Assembly: GCA_963850995.1 (NCBI GenBank)
Contig: CAWKNQ010000017.1
Coordinates: 11,115-75,114 of the forward strand
Length of the DNA: 64,000 bases
DNA from: an uncultured Gaiellaceae bacterium
Lineage (GTDB): Bacteria; Actinomycetota; Thermoleophilia; Gaiellales; Gaiellaceae
Direction: 5' to 3'
Of the stretch, positions 28,155-37,269 are shown piece by piece. The notes beneath the pieces are model-generated. The model had not been told where the DNA came from, did not search any database, and saw only the letters and a program-made list of their open reading frames with translations. Positions within the stretch are counted from its first letter, which is position 1; each line of letters begins with the position of its first letter. The position numbers and the translations under genes are program-made.

Positions 28155-28592
28155 GGAAATGTCAAGCTGCTCTCCCCGGTCGAGCTCGGCGCCTGGCGGG
28201 GCTTCCTCCGCGCCCACGCGGCAATCGTGCGCCGGCTCGACGCCGAGCTGGAGGCGGAGCACGGACTCTCGCTGAGCGCCTACGAGGTGCTCCTCCTCCT
28301 ACACGAGGCGCCCGGACGGCGCCTGCGGATGTCGGAGCTAGCCGACTCGGCCCTCCTCAGCCACAGCGGGATGACGCGGCTGGTCGACCGGCTCGTCGGG
28401 GCAGGTCTCGTCCAGCGCCGCCGCTGCGACGAGGATCGACGCGGCTTCTTCGCCGAGCCCACAGCCGCCGGGACGGCGCTCTTCAGGCGCGCCCGGACCA
28501 CCCATCTCCGGGGCATCCGTGAGCGCTTCCTCTCGCGCCTCTCGGACGCCGAGCTCGCCGGGCTCGTCGACCTCTGGGACCGCGTGGCGTGA
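28149..28592 (+). CDS. MarR-family transcriptional regulator
   Basis: LSLSAYEVLLLLHEAPGRRLRMSELADSALLSHSGMTRLVDRLVGAGLVQRRRCDEDRRG is present. The ORF track begins at TTG 28143; ATG 28149 is preferred. Confidence 0.85.
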   Translation: MQGNVKLLSPVELGAWRGFLRAHAAIVRRLDAELEAEHGLSLSAYEVLLLLHEAPGRRLRMSELADSALLSHSGMTRLVDRLVGAGLVQRRRCDEDRRGFFAEPTAAGTALFRRARTTHLRGIRERFLSRLSDAELAGLVDLWDRVA

Positions 28593-28638
28593 GGATGGCC
28601 GCTTTCACGGCCGCCCTCTCTGCATAGACTCACCGAGG

Positions 28639-29787
28639 ATGAAGATCGGGATCGTCGTCCCGTTCTCGTGGTCATTCTGGGGCGCCGTCGTCGAGCACGC
28701 CGAGCTGCAGGCGGCCGCGCTGCGCGACCTCGGGCACGAGGTGCGCCTGGTGATGGGGAACGACCCGCCGGGACAGTTCACGCGCGCGCTCCATCCGCGG
28801 GTGGGGCGGCACGGCGACCCGCCGCCGGAGGTGATCCCGATCGGCCGCTCCGTGATCGTCCCGGCGAACGGCTCGCTGCCGAACATCATCCTCAGCCCGC
28901 GCTCGATCTTCCGGATCCGACGGGTGCTCGAGCGGGAGCGGTTCGACCTCCTGCACCTGCACGAGCCGATGACGCCGACACCGTGCATCGCGTCGCTCGC
29001 GCTCTTCGAGGGGCCGATGGTGGGGACGCACCACGCGAGCGGCGACCTCGGCTGGATGCGGCTCGCGACGCCGGTCTGGGGCTTCCTCGAGCAACGGCTC
29101 GACCGCCGCATCGCCGTCTCCGAGCAGGCGCGCGCGTCGGCGCAGCGGTGGCTGCCCGGCGAGTACGAGATCGTGCCGAACGGCGTCCTGATCCCGGAAG
29201 GCGTCGAGCCCGGCGGGCGCGAGCATCGCGTCGTGTTTGCCGGCCGACAGGAGCCGCGAAAGGGCCTTCAGGTCCTGCTGCGCGCCTGGCCGGACGTGCG
29301 CAGACGTACCGGCGCGACGCTCCGGATCGCGGGCGCGGACCCGCTCGCGGTGCGGCTGCTGCTCGCCCGCCTGCGCGTGCCGGACGAGGGCATCGAGGTG
29401 CTCGGCTTCCTCAGCCAGGACGAGCTGACCGCCGAGCTCTCGTCCGCGAAGGCGCTCGTCGCGCCCTCGCTCGGGGGCGAGAGCTTCGGCATGGTGCTCA
29501 CGCGGGCGTTCGCCTGCGCGACCCCGGTCGTCGCGTCCGACATTCCCGGCTACCGTGACGTGATGACGCCTCACACGGCCATGGCCGTTCCTGCCGGCGA
29601 CGTGGAGGCGCTCGCAGCCGCAGTCTCCGGGCTGCTCGAGGACGAGCCGCGGCGTGAGGCGCTCGGCGCCGCAGCGCGGGAGCTCGCGGTCGACCGCTAC
29701 TCCTGGGCCGACATCGCCCGCCGGCTCGTGGCGATCTACGAAGCCGCAGGCGCCGGCGCGACGAGCGGCCTGGCGGACGTCGCGTGA
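28639..29787 (+). CDS. GT4-family glycosyltransferase (PimA-like)
   Basis: ATG at 28639. MKIGIVVPFSWSFWGAVVEHA...LHLHEP...FAGRQEPRKG...PSLGGESFGMVLTRAFACATPVVASDIPG is present. Confidence 0.85.
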   Translation: MKIGIVVPFSWSFWGAVVEHAELQAAALRDLGHEVRLVMGNDPPGQFTRALHPRVGRHGDPPPEVIPIGRSVIVPANGSLPNIILSPRSIFRIRRVLERERFDLLHLHEPMTPTPCIASLALFEGPMVGTHHASGDLGWMRLATPVWGFLEQRLDRRIAVSEQARASAQRWLPGEYEIVPNGVLIPEGVEPGGREHRVVFAGRQEPRKGLQVLLRAWPDVRRRTGATLRIAGADPLAVRLLLARLRVPDEGIEVLGFLSQDELTAELSSAKALVAPSLGGESFGMVLTRAFACATPVVASDIPGYRDVMTPHTAMAVPAGDVEALAAAVSGLLEDEPRREALGAAARELAVDRYSWADIARRLVAIYEAAGAGATSGLADVA

Positions 29788-30836
29788 GCCTCGTGCCGCG
29801 CAGCCCGTGGATCCGCGGCGGGCTCGTGCTCCCCTTCTTCGCGGCTGTCGTCGTGCTGCTCTGGTGGCGCGGCCCCGACTGGCACGTCGTCCGTCACGCG
29901 CTCGACCTCGTCAACTGGGCCTGGATCGGGTTCGCGCTCCTGCTCAACCTCGTCTCGGTGCTCTTCCGGTCGTTCGCGTGGCGGCTAACGATCGACCAGG
30001 CGCTCGATCCGCCGCGACCGCGCTTCGACAAGATCTTCTCGGCGTTCTCGATCGGACTGCTGGCGAACGCGATCCTGCCCGGCCGGATCGGCGAGCTGGC
30101 GCGTGTCGCGGTGCTGCGCCGGCACGTGCAGCAGGGCCCGGGGACGACGGGCACGCTCGTCGGAACCGTGTTCGCGCACCGGCTCTTCGATCTCTTCCCC
30201 GCACTCATCCTCGTCGCCTACGTGATCGCGACTGCGAAGGTCCCGCACTGGGCGGTGACGAGCCTCGTGATCGTCTCCGCGGCGGGGACGATGCTCTTCA
30301 TGGCCGGGGTCGCGGGTGCCCGCCGGCGTCACCAGACGAGCCTCGACGACGCTCATCCAGCGCGGCGGCTGCTGGCGATGGCCCGGCAGGGCCTCTCCGT
30401 GCTTCGCTCGCCGCTGCCCGCCCTGGGAGCGATCCTGTTCCAGTGCGCGGGATGGTTGATGCAGCTGTTCGCCGTCTACGTCGCGATGCGGGCTTTCGAC
30501 ATCCATGCGCCGCTTTCGGCTGCTGCGCTCGTCTTGCTTCTGATGAACGTCGCGACGATCTTCCCGCTCTGGCCGGGAAACATCGGCCTCCTCCAGGCGG
30601 CGGTCGCGCTGCCGCTCGTCCAGTACGGCGTCGCGTACTCGACGGGCTTCGCGTACGCGCTCGTGCTCCAGATGCTCGAGATGTCCGTCGGCGTCGGGGT
30701 CGGCCTGCTCTTCCTGGCGCGCGAGGGGCTCTCGTTCGCGATGCTGCGCGGGCTGCCCGAGGAGACGGAGCTGGCCGAGGAGACCGACCAACGGCGACCG
30801 GTCGAGCAACGTGCGCGCGCTGGCGTGTCCGGCTAG
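29784..30836 (+). CDS. Lysylphosphatidylglycerol-synthase-TM-region / flippase-like (UPF0104) membrane protein
   Basis: The 350-aa polytopic ORF carries LANAILPGRIGELARV and overlaps the GT4 stop by 4 nt. Confidence 0.75.
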   Translation: MSLVPRSPWIRGGLVLPFFAAVVVLLWWRGPDWHVVRHALDLVNWAWIGFALLLNLVSVLFRSFAWRLTIDQALDPPRPRFDKIFSAFSIGLLANAILPGRIGELARVAVLRRHVQQGPGTTGTLVGTVFAHRLFDLFPALILVAYVIATAKVPHWAVTSLVIVSAAGTMLFMAGVAGARRRHQTSLDDAHPARRLLAMARQGLSVLRSPLPALGAILFQCAGWLMQLFAVYVAMRAFDIHAPLSAAALVLLLMNVATIFPLWPGNIGLLQAAVALPLVQYGVAYSTGFAYALVLQMLEMSVGVGVGLLFLAREGLSFAMLRGLPEETELAEETDQRRPVEQRARAGVSG

Positions 30837-31725
30837 CCTCAAGAACGTCCTCGACGCTGCCGCTGCCGCTGCAGCGCTGGGCGAAGGGCTCCGGCGAGGC
30901 GGCGCGTCCGCCGTCGAGCTCCCGGTCGCGGACGGCGGCGAGGGGACCGCGGCAGTCCTGCACTCGGCGCTCGGCGGCGAGTGGCGCGAGGCGGACGTGC
31001 ACGACGCCTTCGGCCGCCCGTGCGCCGCGCGCTGGCTGCTCCTGCCGGAGGGTGAGGCCGTGGTCGAGGCGGCGGCCGCGATCCCGCTCGACCCGTCCCG
31101 GCTCGATCCGCTCGCCGCGTCGAGCCGCGGCTTCGGCGAGCTCGTCCTCGCGGCGCTCGCCGAGCGTCCTCGCTCGCTCCTGCGTCTGCCTCGGCGGCAC
31201 CGCGACGATGGACGCCGGCGCCGGCTTCCTCGAGCTCGTGCGCGAGCTTCCCGTGCCCGCGCGTGTCGCGTGCGACGTCCGGGCCACCCTTCTCGAGGCG
31301 CCGCGGCTCTTCGGCCCGCAAAAGGGCGCCGGTCCCGCCGAGGTGCTCGAGCTCGAGCGCCGGTTCGCCGCCCGGGGAGAGCTTGTGTTGTTTCAACACA
31401 AGCCCGGCTCCGGCGCCGCGGGTGGGCTCGGCGCGGCGCTCGCCTCGCTCGGCGCGAGCCTCGAGCCGGGCGCTCCGCTCGTCCTCGACAGCGTCGGCTT
31501 CGACCCGTCGGGCTACGACCTCGTCGTCACCGGCGAGGGCCGCGTCGACGCCACGACCTGGCTTGGCAAGGCGCCCGGCGAAGTCGTGCGCCGAGCCGCC
31601 GGCACCCGTTGTGTGATCTTCGGCGGCGTCGTCGAGGAGTCGCTCGCAGGCGTCGAGACGCACGCGCTTTCGGGCGATCCGGCGCGGGCGCGTGCCGACC
31701 TGGTGGCGCTCGGACCGAGACCTAA
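30811..31725 (+). pseudogene. Glycerate kinase with at least 2 frameshifts (~31180 and near the 3' end)
   Basis: VRALACPASLKNVLDA...ELPVADGGEGT...ASSRGFGELV is in the frame of ORF 30811... CLGGTATMDAGAGFLE...GSGAAGGLGAAL...DLVVTGEGRVDATTWLGKAPGEV is in the frame of the spurious ORF 29654..34051, which has no nearby stop. Confidence 0.7.
31381..31403. repeat. 23-nt low-GC hairpin GCTTGTGTTG-TTT-CAACACAAGC inside the glycerate kinase coding sequence
   Basis: Read directly: a 10-bp perfect stem with a 3-nt loop. It is translated in frame as ELVLFQHK immediately before the conserved PGSGAAGGLG motif. Confidence 0.85.
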
Positions 31726-31729
31726 GTCT

Positions 31730-32146
31730 CTAGGACGACCTGGCGTCGGCCTCGCGCAGCCGGTGCGCGAGCTGCTGGACGAGCTTCCACGCGATCCGGG
31801 AGTCGTTCTCGACGATGGGGCGGAACTCCCAGAACGTCATCGCGTAGGTGGTCATGTCGGTGTCTGCGATCACCGACGCGGTGCGTGCGCCCTCGTCGAT
31901 CAGGGCGATCTCGCCGAAGTAGTCGCCCGGGCCGAGGGTGGTGCGCTCCTCGTCGTGCACGGTCACCTTCGCCGTTCCCTCGCCGATGATGAAAAAGCCC
32001 GCGCCGCCCTGGCCCTCGCCCGCGATCGTGTCGCCGGCGGCGTAGTCGCGCTGCTTGAACGAGTCCGCGATCCGCTCCAGGTCACGGCGCTCGAGGCTGG
32101 AGAAGAGGGGTACGCGTGCGATCGTCTCGATCGAGGGCTTCGCCAT
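31730..32146 (-). CDS. Cyclic-nucleotide-binding domain protein
   Basis: VPLFSSLERRDLERIADSF...AGDTIAGEGQGGAGFFIIGEGTAKV...GDYFGEIALID is present. Confidence 0.85.
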   Translation of the reverse strand: MAKPSIETIARVPLFSSLERRDLERIADSFKQRDYAAGDTIAGEGQGGAGFFIIGEGTAKVTVHDEERTTLGPGDYFGEIALIDEGARTASVIADTDMTTYAMTFWEFRPIVENDSRIAWKLVQQLAHRLREADARSS

Positions 32147-32156
32147 CGCGCCGATC

Positions 32157-32357
32157 TTAACCGGGTTCTCCGCGGCGAGCCAGTTCCTCGATCTTCCCCT
32201 CCGCGGTCTCGAGCCTCGCCAGGCAGAGCCGCAGCAGCTCCTCGCCGCGCTCCCAGAGCCGGATCGCCTCGTCGAGGTCGGGCTGCCCGCGCTCGAGCCG
32301 CTCGACGATCTGCTCGAGCTCCTTCTGCGCGGCCTCGAAGCTCAACGATTCGCTCAC
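32157..32357 (-). CDS. xseB: Exodeoxyribonuclease VII small subunit
   Basis: A GTG start overlaps the xseA stop. The protein reads SFEAAQKELEQIVERLERGQPDLDEAIRLWERGEELLRLCLARLETAE. Confidence 0.85.
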   Translation of the reverse strand: MSESLSFEAAQKELEQIVERLERGQPDLDEAIRLWERGEELLRLCLARLETAEGKIEELARRGEPG

Positions 32358-33574
32358 GGGCGCACGTCCTCGACCGTCGCGCCGAAGGCGCCCTCCGCCA
32401 GCTCGACGTCGACGCGCTTGCCGTGATCGAGCCCTCGCACGCTGCGCAGCACCCTGTCGTCGGCCCGGACGATCGCGTAGCCGCGGCCGAGCGTCGCGCG
32501 TGGGGAGAGGGCGGCGAGGCGGCCACCCGCCCGCTCGAGGGCCGACCGGCGGCGCTCGACGAGGAGGGCCGGGCCACGCCGGAGCCGGTCGCGGAGTTGC
32601 GAGAGCCGCTGCTCGTCCCGCTCGAGCGCCCGGCGGGCGCCGCGCTCGAGCGCGGAACGTGTGCGCGCGACACCCTCCCGCTCGCGCTCGATCGTCCGGC
32701 GCACGCAGCGCTCCAGCGACCCGCCGGCGCGGAGCAGCTCGGCGCGCAGCGCCTCGAGGTCGGGCACGACGAGCTTGCCCGCCGCCGTCGGCGTCGAGGC
32801 GCGAACGTCGGCGGCGAGGTCGCAGAGCGGCGTGTCCTGCTCGTGCCCGACCGCGGAGACGACGGGCACGGGGCATGCCGCGACGGCGCGCACGACGCGC
32901 TCGTCGCTGAACGGGAGCAGGTCGTCGAAGCTCCCGCCGCCGCGGGTCAGCACGACGACGTCGACGCCGGGCTCGCGGGCGACAGCCTGGAGCGCCTCGA
33001 CGATGCCGGCGGCCGCGCGCGGGCCCTGCACGAGCGTCTCGGCAACGAGGATGCGAGCAGGGGGGAAGCGGGTCTGGACCGTCGTGACGACGTCACGCCG
33101 GGCGGCGGCGTCGGTCCCCGTGACGAGCGCGATCCGGCGTGGGAAACGCGGCAGCGGCCGCTTCCGCTCCGCATCGAAGAGGCCTTCGGCGGCGAGTGTC
33201 TGCTTCAGCCGCTCGATCGCCGCCAGGTGCGCGCCGAGGCCGAAGCGCTCGAGCGACAGCGCCCGCAACCGGAACTCGCCCTTGGCGGTGTAGAGCTCCG
33301 GCCGGCCGAGCACGTGAATCCGCTCCCCTTCGGCGAGCTCGAGCTTGAGCGCGTCGAACGTGCGGCGCGGGATCGAGGCGGGCAGGCAGGCGCCGTCGTC
33401 CGGGTCCTTGAGCGTGAAGAAGACGCTCCCCCAACGCTCCGACCGGCGCAGCTCCGTCACCTCGCCCTCGATCCAGAGGGTCGGCAGCCGCTGCAGCCAC
33501 TCGGCGACGCCGCGGTTGAAGCCCGCGACGGTGTAGACCTTCCGGTCGCCGTACTCCAGCGGCTCGACCTTCAC
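32354..33574 (-). CDS. xseA: Exodeoxyribonuclease VII large subunit
   Basis: VYTVAGFNRGVAEWLQRLPTLWIEGEVTELRRS...FTLKD... is followed by IALVTGTDAAARRDV and TRGGGSFDDL. Confidence 0.9.
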   Translation of the reverse strand: MKVEPLEYGDRKVYTVAGFNRGVAEWLQRLPTLWIEGEVTELRRSERWGSVFFTLKDPDDGACLPASIPRRTFDALKLELAEGERIHVLGRPELYTAKGEFRLRALSLERFGLGAHLAAIERLKQTLAAEGLFDAERKRPLPRFPRRIALVTGTDAAARRDVVTTVQTRFPPARILVAETLVQGPRAAAGIVEALQAVAREPGVDVVVLTRGGGSFDDLLPFSDERVVRAVAACPVPVVSAVGHEQDTPLCDLAADVRASTPTAAGKLVVPDLEALRAELLRAGGSLERCVRRTIEREREGVARTRSALERGARRALERDEQRLSQLRDRLRRGPALLVERRRSALERAGGRLAALSPRATLGRGYAIVRADDRVLRSVRGLDHGKRVDVELAEGAFGATVEDVRP

Positions 33575-33583
33575 GGAGTCAGA

Positions 33584-33787
33584 CTAGAGCAGGATCTCGG
33601 CTGCGACTCTTGGATCGCAGCCACGGCCGACGAGCTCGACCGCGGCGTGCAGGTCGGCGTCGAGCGCCACGGCGAGCTTCTCCGCCAGCGGGAGTGGGTA
33701 GCCGGCCTCGATCAGGACATGCAGGCGCCAGGACTCGACCTTGGCCCGCTCGCTGTGCCGGTCGATCAGCTCCGTTGCATCGGTCAT
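33584..33787 (-). CDS. Small hypothetical protein
   Basis: A 67-aa ORF with coding-like codon usage. I recognise no family. Confidence 0.45.
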   Translation of the reverse strand: MTDATELIDRHSERAKVESWRLHVLIEAGYPLPLAEKLAVALDADLHAAVELVGRGCDPRVAAEILL

Positions 33788-33849
33788 GGTGCGCGTTCTG
33801 TTCGTGCTGGAGTTGACGCATCCTGCACCGTCTTGTTAGTCGCGCCTGC

Positions 33850-34995
33850 TCAGACGCGGCGGACCCGCGCGGCCTCGTCGACCCGTCGCGAGAGCTCCCC
33901 CAGCCGGTCCGCGAGCGCCGAGCGCTCGGCCTCGGCCTCGGCGACGAAGGCGCCGAGGGTACGCCGGAGCTCGGCGTCGGCGGCGGCGATGCGGTCGGAG
34001 AACGACGCGGCGAGCTCTTCTTGCTGGCGCTCGAAGGCCGCCTGCACCTGACGCTGCCGTGCTTCCAGCCGCTGTTGGCCGGCGTCGCCCGTCTGCGAGA
34101 GCCGCTCGGCGAAGACCATGTCCGCCTGACGCACGAACGTCTCGACGGCGCGGTCGAGCTCGCGAGAGAGCCGGCCCGCCGCCTCCTCGCGCGCCGAGCG
34201 CATCGTCGAGTCGAACTGAACCGCCGCAGCCTCGGCGTAACGCTCCGCTTCGCGCGCGATCACCCGCTGCAGCTGCTCGACCTGGCGGCGCTCGATATCG
34301 GCGAACGACGCCTCGATCCGTCGCGCCGCCTCCGTCTCGCCGCGCTCGATCTGCTCGGCCAGCGCCTCTTCGCGGCGCCTCAGCCGGTCGGCGATCTCCT
34401 CGATCACGCGGCGGCGCTCGCCCGTGTGAGCCTCCAGCTCCTCGAGCGCCTCCGCGACTGCCGCCTGCGCCGAGCGCTCGAGCTCCTCGCGCAGGCGCAG
34501 CACCGACGCGCGCTGCTCGTCGGAGGTCGTCACGAGCTCGGCCGCCTCGGACTCGATCCGGGCCTCGGCCTCGGCGATCTGCTGCTTCTGGCGCTGATCG
34601 AGACGGCGGAGCTCGACCTCCAGGTTCTGTTGCGCGCGGTCGAGATCGTCGCTCCAGCCGCGCAGCCGCTCCTCGACGCGCCGGGTCGTGACCACCAACG
34701 TCTCGGCGAGCTCGGCTCCGGCGGTGCGCTCCCTCTCGACGAACTCGCGGCGGCGCTCGTCCGCGATCCGTCGCTCCTCCTCGACGAGGCTGGAGTGCGC
34801 GTTCGCGCGCATCTGGGCGACCCGCGACTTCAACTCGGCTGCAGCAGCGGTCGTCTCTTCAGCGACGAGCGCATCGAGTTGCGCCCGCGTCTCCGCTAGC
34901 GGATCCTCGGGACGCTTTCCACGCCCGCGCAGGAGTGCAGCGAGCGCCAGCGCGACCGCGACGACGGCCAGCACGAGTGCGACCCGTTCGACCAC
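33850..34995 (-). CDS. Membrane-anchored coiled-coil protein
   Basis: An N-terminal TM segment (VALVLAVVAVALALAALL) is followed by ~340 aa of E/R/A/L-rich heptad-like sequence. Confidence 0.55.
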   Translation of the reverse strand: MVERVALVLAVVAVALALAALLRGRGKRPEDPLAETRAQLDALVAEETTAAAAELKSRVAQMRANAHSSLVEEERRIADERRREFVERERTAGAELAETLVVTTRRVEERLRGWSDDLDRAQQNLEVELRRLDQRQKQQIAEAEARIESEAAELVTTSDEQRASVLRLREELERSAQAAVAEALEELEAHTGERRRVIEEIADRLRRREEALAEQIERGETEAARRIEASFADIERRQVEQLQRVIAREAERYAEAAAVQFDSTMRSAREEAAGRLSRELDRAVETFVRQADMVFAERLSQTGDAGQQRLEARQRQVQAAFERQQEELAASFSDRIAAADAELRRTLGAFVAEAEAERSALADRLGELSRRVDEAARVRRV

Positions 34996-35029
34996 GGCCG
35001 CATCGTAGTGGCGCGCCTATGCTGGCGCC

Positions 35030-35563
35030 GTGGGGCTGGCGGCGGAGCTCGAACGGGTCGCGGCGCGGTCGGGGGCAGCCGCGGTCCTCGCGGCCGAGGC
35101 GCACGGAGGCGACCGGATCTTCCTCTGCGCGTTCGAGGAAGGCGACGGCGGCCGGACGTGGCTCGCTTACGACCCCGGCGGCGAGCCGGTCTCGGATCGG
35201 CTTCGCGTGCGGGACGCCGTCTCGATCATCGCCCTCTGCGAGCTCGCCGAGGAGACGGCGGCCGGCGGCGACCTGGACGAGCTGCGTGCGCAGCTCGCGT
35301 CCTTGCGGATCACGGAGAGCCCACCGGGGATCGAGGAGGCGGAGGAGGCCGCCCTCGCGCTGCAGCGGGTGCTCGGCGCCCCGCCGACGCTCGCGACGCC
35401 GGCCCGGCTCGACGAGATCGGCGCGGCGACGAAGCGGCTCGAGCTCGCGCTCGGCAGTGCGCTGCACGGGTCGCCGTTCGCAGAGGCCATGAAGGGCGCC
35501 GGCGACGTCGTCGAGGCGCTCTTCGCGGACGTTGAGCGCTCCTACCGGATAGAGCTCAGCTAA
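35030..35563 (+). CDS. Hypothetical protein
   Basis: A 177-aa ORF with acidic composition, followed by a strong hairpin. Confidence 0.5.
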   Translation: MGLAAELERVAARSGAAAVLAAEAHGGDRIFLCAFEEGDGGRTWLAYDPGGEPVSDRLRVRDAVSIIALCELAEETAAGGDLDELRAQLASLRITESPPGIEEAEEAALALQRVLGAPPTLATPARLDEIGAATKRLELALGSALHGSPFAEAMKGAGDVVEALFADVERSYRIELS

Positions 35564-35583
35564 CGGGCTAGCGGCCCCTGGCC

Positions 35584-35625
35584 GGCTGCGCCTCCCGGCC
35601 GGCGGAGCCGGCCTCCGGCGCAGCC
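35584..35625 (+). terminator. Long GC-rich hairpin downstream of 35030..35563
   Basis: GGCTGCGCC...GGCCGGC-GGA-GCCGGCC...GGCGCAGCC. There is no U-tract. Confidence 0.45.
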
Positions 35626-35726
35626 TCGCGCCGCTCGTGGCGCTCGAGCCGGCGGCCCGTACCTCCGTACTGTTCCACCGGCCTACGCACCGCGAGCGGC
35701 GCGCCAGGAACCGCTAGCCTTGAGAA

Positions 35727-36029
35727 ATGGAAGGTAGTGGCGGTTTCGGCTTCCCGTTCGGCGGCGATCCCGAGGAGCTCCTGCGCGGAATCCAGGAGTT
35801 CGCGGCGCAGCAGGCCGAGTCGGTCCAGGAAGCTCAGCGCGAGCAGTTCGCGACGCTGACGCTCAACACCGCCGTCGAGCTGACCGCCGCGGCGCTGAAG
35901 CAGGTTCAGCCGAGCGGCGGGGTCGACGAGCAGGCCGTCGCCCTCCGCGACGCGATGCGTGTGCTTTTCCCGGAGGCTGTGGCGCTCGTCAGCGCCGCGC
36001 GCCAGGGGTTCATGCGCGAATCGCGCTAG
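35727..36029 (+). CDS. Hypothetical protein
   Basis: A 100-aa ORF with a GAAAT-ATG context. I recognise no family. Confidence 0.4.
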   Translation: MEGSGGFGFPFGGDPEELLRGIQEFAAQQAESVQEAQREQFATLTLNTAVELTAAALKQVQPSGGVDEQAVALRDAMRVLFPEAVALVSAARQGFMRESR

Positions 36030-36046
36030 CCGTTTAGGTTCAGCGC

Positions 36047-36955
36047 GTGTCCCTGCTTGACCGCGCTGTTGTCACGCTGCTCCCTGCCGTCCCGAAGCGG
36101 CTCGTGCGGAAGCTGTCTTCCCGCTACATCGCGGGCTCCTCGCTCGATGACGCGCGGCGGGTCGTCGCGGGCCTGAACGCGGAGGGGAAGCTGGCGACCG
36201 TAGACGTGCTGGGCGAGGAGCTCGTAAGTGCAGCCGAAGCCGCGGCGATCACGGCCGAATACATCGCCGCGCTCGATCTCTTCGAGCGCGACGACCTCGA
36301 CGCGAATGTCAGCGTCAAGCCGACGGGGCTCGGCTTGAAGCTCGGCTACGAGCTCTGCAAGCGCAACGTCGAGGCGGTGATCGCGGCCGCGGAGCCGACG
36401 AACCGCTTCGTCCGCATCGACATGGAGGACTCGTCGACGACCGACGACACCCTCCGGCTCTTCCGCGAGCTGCGCGACGAAGGGCACGGGCGAGTCGGGC
36501 CGGTGCTCCAGGCTTCGCTCAAGCGGACGGTGTCCGATGCCGCGTCGCTCGCCGGGGCGAGCGTCCGGCTCTGCAAGGGGATCTACATAGAGCCCGAGTC
36601 GATTCAGTTCCGCGACGACCAGCAGGTGCGGGCCAGCTTCCTGCAGGCTCTGGCGACGCTCTTCGAAGGCGGCTGTTACGCGGCGATCGCAACGCACGAC
36701 GAGTGGCTCGTCGACCGCGCCTCGGCGATGATCGCCGAGCGAGGGCTCGAGCCGAGCGCATACGAGTTCCAGATGCTGCTCGGCGTGCGACCGGAGCTCG
36801 GCGACAGGATCGTCGCCGACGGTCACCGGCTCCGGATCTACGTTCCGTTCGGGCGCCAGTGGTACGAGTACTCGCTCCGGCGGCTGCAGGAGAACCCGAA
36901 AGTCGCCGGCTACGTCGCCGGCGACATCGCCCGCTCCCTCGTCCGCCGGAGGTAA
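36047..36955 (+). CDS. Proline dehydrogenase
   Basis: YIAGSSLDDARRVVAGLNAEG...TVDVLGEE...VSVKPTGLG...VRIDMEDS...LQENPKVAGYV is typical of monofunctional PutA-like PRODH. Confidence 0.85.
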   Translation: MSLLDRAVVTLLPAVPKRLVRKLSSRYIAGSSLDDARRVVAGLNAEGKLATVDVLGEELVSAAEAAAITAEYIAALDLFERDDLDANVSVKPTGLGLKLGYELCKRNVEAVIAAAEPTNRFVRIDMEDSSTTDDTLRLFRELRDEGHGRVGPVLQASLKRTVSDAASLAGASVRLCKGIYIEPESIQFRDDQQVRASFLQALATLFEGGCYAAIATHDEWLVDRASAMIAERGLEPSAYEFQMLLGVRPELGDRIVADGHRLRIYVPFGRQWYEYSLRRLQENPKVAGYVAGDIARSLVRRR

Positions 36956-36958
36956 GCG

Positions 36959-37240
36959 CTACGGAGGCGGGGGCCCGGGAGCGACGTCCTCTTCGACCAC
37001 GGTCTCGCGGCGGCGGGGCACCGCGGTCGGGCGGGCAGGCCCGCCCTCGACGTAGGTCTCACGCCGTCGGAAGCCGCCCCAGCTCGACCAGAAGATGAGT
37101 GAGAGGACGAGGCCGAGAATGCCGACGATCAGGAGGATGACGCCGATCGCGTTCACGTCGAGGCCCTCGGCCTCGGCCGTGACTCCCCACGTGAGGATGG
37201 CGCCGGCTGCGATCAGGAGCAGGCTGACTGAGATACCCAT
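36959..37240 (-). CDS. Small membrane protein (DUF6458-like)
   Basis: ATG at 37240. The protein reads MGISVSLLLIAAGAILTWGV...AIGVILLIVGILGLVLSLIFW. Confidence 0.55.
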   Translation of the reverse strand: MGISVSLLLIAAGAILTWGVTAEAEGLDVNAIGVILLIVGILGLVLSLIFWSSWGGFRRRETYVEGGPARPTAVPRRRETVVEEDVAPGPPPP

Positions 37241-37269
37241 GGGCGCTCTGTCCCCGGCGGCACGGGTTT

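Noticed and set aside
31715-31735. The small hairpin GAGAC-CTAA-GTCTC and CCTA...TAGG at the glycerate kinase / cNMP-binding gene junction as a third palindromic element
   Set aside because: The arms are only 4-5 bp. The low GC is explained by clustered TAA/TAG stop codons of the convergent genes, and there is no second copy in the window.
29654-34051. A 1465-aa ORF on the plus strand, the longest in the track
   Set aside because: It is an artefact of stop-codon-poor high-GC DNA. Only a short stretch (about 31185-31700) is real coding sequence (the glycerate kinase C-terminal part). The rest is out of frame or antisense to the GT4, flippase-like, cNMP-binding, xseB and xseA genes, and its translation is Arg/Ala/Pro-rich low-complexity sequence.
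35564-35726. The 163-nt intergenic region as a tRNA or small RNA gene
   Set aside because: It has no cloverleaf and no T-loop (GTTCRANYC) signature. It contains a long GC hairpin best explained as a terminator for 35030..35563.
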